This document shows, in pieces, positions 48,780-52,215 of a stretch of 52,215 bases of DNA. The notes below the pieces were generated by a model. It did no database searches. It saw nothing but the letters and a program-made list of their open reading frames with translations, and was not told the origin of the DNA. The stretch's first letter is position 1. Each line of letters begins with the position of its first letter. The stretch comes from Catajapyx aquilonaris. Lineage: Eukaryota. The DNA is taken from assembly GCA_000934665.2 (NCBI GenBank), contig KZ538710.1, positions 1 through 52,215 of the forward strand, given 5' to 3'. The translations under genes were made by a program, and so were the position numbers.

Positions 48780-49260
48780 TTATTAATTTATTAATTTTTA
48801 TTACTGGATTTATTTATTTGATTGATATTTATTTTAATATTATACCGGTATTGACATTTATTTTAATATTATATTGACATTTATTTTAATATTTCATTAA
48901 ATTCTTATTTTATTAGCTTATAAAAATGTTATTTTATTAACTTATAAAAATGTTATTTTCTTAACTTATTGATATTTTATTTTATTAATTTAGAGAAATT
49001 TTAGTTTATTAAGTTCTTAAATTTTTATCTTATTAATTTGCAAAAATAGTATTTTATTAATTTTTTTAATTTTTGTTTTATTAATTTGCTAAAATTTCAT
49101 ACTATTAATTTATTAATTACATTTCCATATTATTAATTTACTAATTATATTTTCATATTATTAATTTTTAAAAATTTTGTCTTATTTTTATATTTTTATT
49201 AATATCTAAATAAATTTATTAGCGAATAAATGAATAAATAAAACCCAGAAACAAATTAAA
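48780..49260. repeat. AT-rich low-complexity region
   Basis: Recurring TTTTATTAATTT motifs, very low GC. Confidence 0.8.
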
Positions 49261-49312
49261 TAAGCAGCATACACGAAATAAAGTACGATAAAATAGCACA
49301 AAAATTAATAAA

Positions 49313-49483
49313 TCTCAACTATTATAAAAGGCAAAGTTTGTTTGTTTGTTTGTTTGTCCAGGTTTGGTTATCATGTCAACGGGTTTTCATGGGAATCTGG
49401 TGTTTCCATGGTGTCAACAATGATTGTTGTTAATTACATTTACCATGGCAACAGGCCGTACGAAGAACGGGCTCCGCTGCTAG
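49313..49483 (+). mobile_element. Complete 171-bp mini-Helitron (family A)
   Basis: A|TCTCAACTATTATAAAAGGCAAA(GTTT)n ... hairpin CCGTACGAAGAACGG ... GCTGCTAG|T: canonical TC/CTAG ends, A|T target, no TSD. Confidence 0.8.
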
Positions 49484-50585
49484 TAAGTTAATTAACTAAT
49501 TAAATAAATAAGTCAATATCACTTCTTAAAAGTTTTGGACTCCAATAACAACGAAAAATATATTGGGAAAATTTTAAATTCAAACTATTCTACCTGATTA
49601 TCGGGTTTAGCTGGATTATATCCGTCACGTGGTAGAGTAGGTGTGTAATGAACTCTTTGATTAATGCAAATTTTCTCCATACATATAACGTAATCCTCTG
49701 GCTCCCAGCAGTTCAAACGCTGAAAGTTTAATGAAACACACCAAAGCCTATAATATTGGAGAACATACTCTCTCTCTCTCTCTCTCTCAAACTCAAATAT
49801 TGTTCAATCACCTTCCCCAACCCCTTCTCCTATAAACCCTTTTCCCCCCAAAATCCGATACTTTACACTGCACATAACAGCAGCTATCGACAAAAATCAA
49901 GCGGTTACTGAAGGGGGCACTTGCACCCTTCCAAACATCGGCAAGTACACACAAAAAAAACCCAGCAAGGGCTCTACAGATATCTATCGACGTAAAAGTT
50001 GTACGAGGCAAGAGAGACGGAGGTTTTCACAGACTTTTTTGGGGGGGTTGAGGGGGGGGGGGTCCTCAGCAGATTCCCCTGAGGGTTCCCATACATAAAA
50101 AATATATGGGTGGGTTTCCATTGGAAGAGTCAATATATGCGGGGGAAGAGATAGAGGTCATTGAGCCAGGCTCGGATATATCTGCCATTGATCAACACCA
50201 GGGTGAGTCAGAAACCCTGTGTTCAAAGTTTGGAAGTTGATAGAATGGGTGAAAACAAGTCCAAAATATAGAGGTGAAAATTTGTGAAATATTATCCCAT
50301 CAGCGTGTGACAAGTTTCAGCACTCTCAGTAGTCTTAAAGTGGGTTAGATAGCCGGTGACCACATTCACTTGATCATAGAAAGCCAATTCATTGCCTCAT
50401 CTGAGGTGGTCAACCATGCCTCGGTTACAGTAGGGGGTAAGCTAACTTATGTGTTATGGGAGGTGGCTTGTGTCCTTGGCAAGCCCCGCCTCCTGCTGAG
50501 TTTTTTTTTGTATGGAATTTAGAACCATTGGTGGTCCTCTCATTCTTGAGGTTTTAGAACATAACCAGGGAGCATATACTACATA

Positions 50586-51615
50586 CTCGCTTTGCGAGGC
50601 GGGGGGGCTCCGCCCCCCCCACACCCCCCCTTGGGACTGCGCCCCAATTGGCGCGCCTTCGGCGCTACGCGTTCCCGCCCGGGCCTACCCACTTACCCAG
50701 CACCGCTAGAGAGCTGGAAATAATAACCTGGAGTTCGTCGTCAGCGGAGTGACCAATGAAGCAAGACAAATTCCAGGAGCGCACCACTACACGGCTGGCA
50801 ACAATAACCTGGAGTATGTCGTCAACGGACTGACCAGTGAAGCATGACAAATACCAGGATCACCACTACAGGGCTGGCAACAATAACCTGGAGTTCGTCG
50901 TCAACGGAGTGACCAGTGAAGCATGACAAATACCAGGAGCACCACTACAGGGCTGGCAACAATAACGTGGAGTATGTCGTCAACGGAGTGACCAATGAAG
51001 CATGACAAATACCACACCTGCAACAATCAACCAACCTGCCAACCAGCCAATCAACCAACAACAATGAGCGCGCCCCACAAACAACAGTGCAAGTGCAGCC
51101 GGCCGCCACACACTTCCTCCGACACTCCGCAAAAATTGGTCGGAGCGAGGTGGCAATGTGGCATCTATGTTCACAGGACACCCGTGACGTCACCACTAAA
51201 GGTGCGAATAAAAGGCAACATGACGCAATAACAGATGAGGTAGTGGAGGCGTTGAGTAGGGGAGGAAGATTCGAGGGGCCGGGCGGGCCGCCGGGGGAAG
51301 CGGGAGGTTATTGTGGGTGGTGGAGGCAATGCGACAGTGCCTCTCGTCTGTTGGCCGCTCGGGCAACCGGGGGAGTTGGGGGGATACATTAATTTGGCGA
51401 TCTGGGGTTTGCGTGTACATTTAATTTGGCGATCTCGAAAACGGCTGGGAATTTTGCGATTATGAGGATTTTTGAAAATAGGAAACCGGGTGCAAGAAAT
51501 CCAACGGTGTAAGTCCGAGGTCTGTACGACCTCGGGAAGTGGGAGATCTTTTCCATCCTATATCCTATATCCTATATCCTCCTCGTTTAGGGGCTTTATA
51601 TATATTAGAAGAAGA
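50586..51615 (-). mobile_element. Helitron-like family B element inserted into the left TIR of the fold-back
   Basis: Removing it rejoins ...ACTACATA|AGAGGCGCAAAC, the exact mirror of the right arm. Minus 5' end TCTAATATATATAAAGCCCC..GGATATAGGATATAGG as at 33747; GC hairpins near the other end. Confidence 0.65.
50714..51012 (+). repeat. 79-bp tandem repeat (~3.8 copies) inside the Helitron-like element
   Basis: AATAAC(C/G)TGGAG at 50722, 50803, 50882, 50961. Confidence 0.92.
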
Positions 51616-52215
51616 AGAGGCGCAAACTTCTGTCGGGGCCTTTGATGTTCGCGTCTATCTGTTTGGGGCCGTTGCCAAGGCTGGCGGCCATCTTGAAGTG
51701 TGGGGAACGCCAACGAGGCATAAATAGGGTACAGGCAAAAATATAGGGTCCGCCATCTTTTGGCGGCCATGGCAACTACACGGCAAGAACACGCGCGAAT
51801 CAAAGATGGCGGACCCTATTTTTTGCCTGTACCCTACTTATACCTCGTTGGCGTTCCCCACACTTCAAGATGGCCGCCAGCCTTGGCAACGCCCCAAACA
51901 GAGAGACGCGGAAATCGAATGTTTGCGCCTCTTATGTAGTATATGCTCCCTGACATAACGCCCATCTCCTTTGAAATCATATCCTGATTGGTCGACCGGT
52001 AGGGGGCGGGGCTAATTATGGTTGGCAAGGACACAAGCCACCTCCCAAAACCCATAAGTTAGCTTACCCCCTACTATAGCAAAGTCGGGTAAGTCAAGTG
52101 AAGGTGGTCATCCGAAGGAGTATACAGGGTGTATCTGAACTCAGTGCCCCGACGTATATGACTGCCTTCCTAGCCACCAGAGGATCGATTTAAGTATAGG
52201 AGTCATATGTCTGGG

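Larger units (their letters stand above)
50566..51952. mobile_element. Fold-back DNA element (~357 bp native) with CAGGG termini and 7-bp TSD (P/hAT-like)
   Basis: CAGGGAGCATATACTACATA / TATGTAGTATATGCTCCCTG; TSD ACATAAC at 50559-50565 and 51953-51959; palindromic arms across 51616-51932. Confidence 0.88.
50428..52076. mobile_element. TA-flanked Tc1/mariner-type MITE (~255 bp native) split by nested insertions
   Basis: TA|CAGTAGGGGGTAAGCTAACTTATG...GGGAGGTGGCTTGTGTCCTTG mirrored by CAAGGACACAAGCCACCTCCC...CATAAGTTAGCTTACCCCCTACTA|TA. Confidence 0.8.

Overview
Eukaryotic genomic DNA, most likely an invertebrate/arthropod (inferred from GPCR type, SINE type and TTAGG-like tracts; the species cannot be determined). 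It is largely non-coding. One protein-coding gene is supported: a + strand rhodopsin-class (class A) peptide GPCR of the orexin/allatotropin-receptor-like type. Its three coding exons are 38948-39481, 40218-40706 and 41324-41992, joined by two phase-0 GT-AG introns (~563 aa, or ~535 aa from the ATG at 39032). The receptor has a ~145-aa third intracellular loop, His substitutions at normally conserved TM5/TM7 positions and an 11-Cys C-tail. The rest of the window is a dense patchwork of non-autonomous mobile elements: TA-flanked Tc1/mariner/pogo-type MITEs, fold-back elements with 7-8 bp TSDs, Helitron-like elements and a tRNA-derived SINE with a 17-bp TSD. It also holds a three-level nested insertion at 50.4-52.1 kb and many minisatellites built on palindromic, transcription-factor-like cores (CCAAT/E-box/CRE, TACGTA, CTAG, TGCGCA). 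Almost all other ORFs in the supplied track look spurious. I found no prokaryotic-type system, CRISPR array, rRNA or intact transposase. The best candidates for something undescribed are the divergent orphan GPCR and the CCAAT/E-box/CRE promoter-like array at 4.85-5.68 kb.
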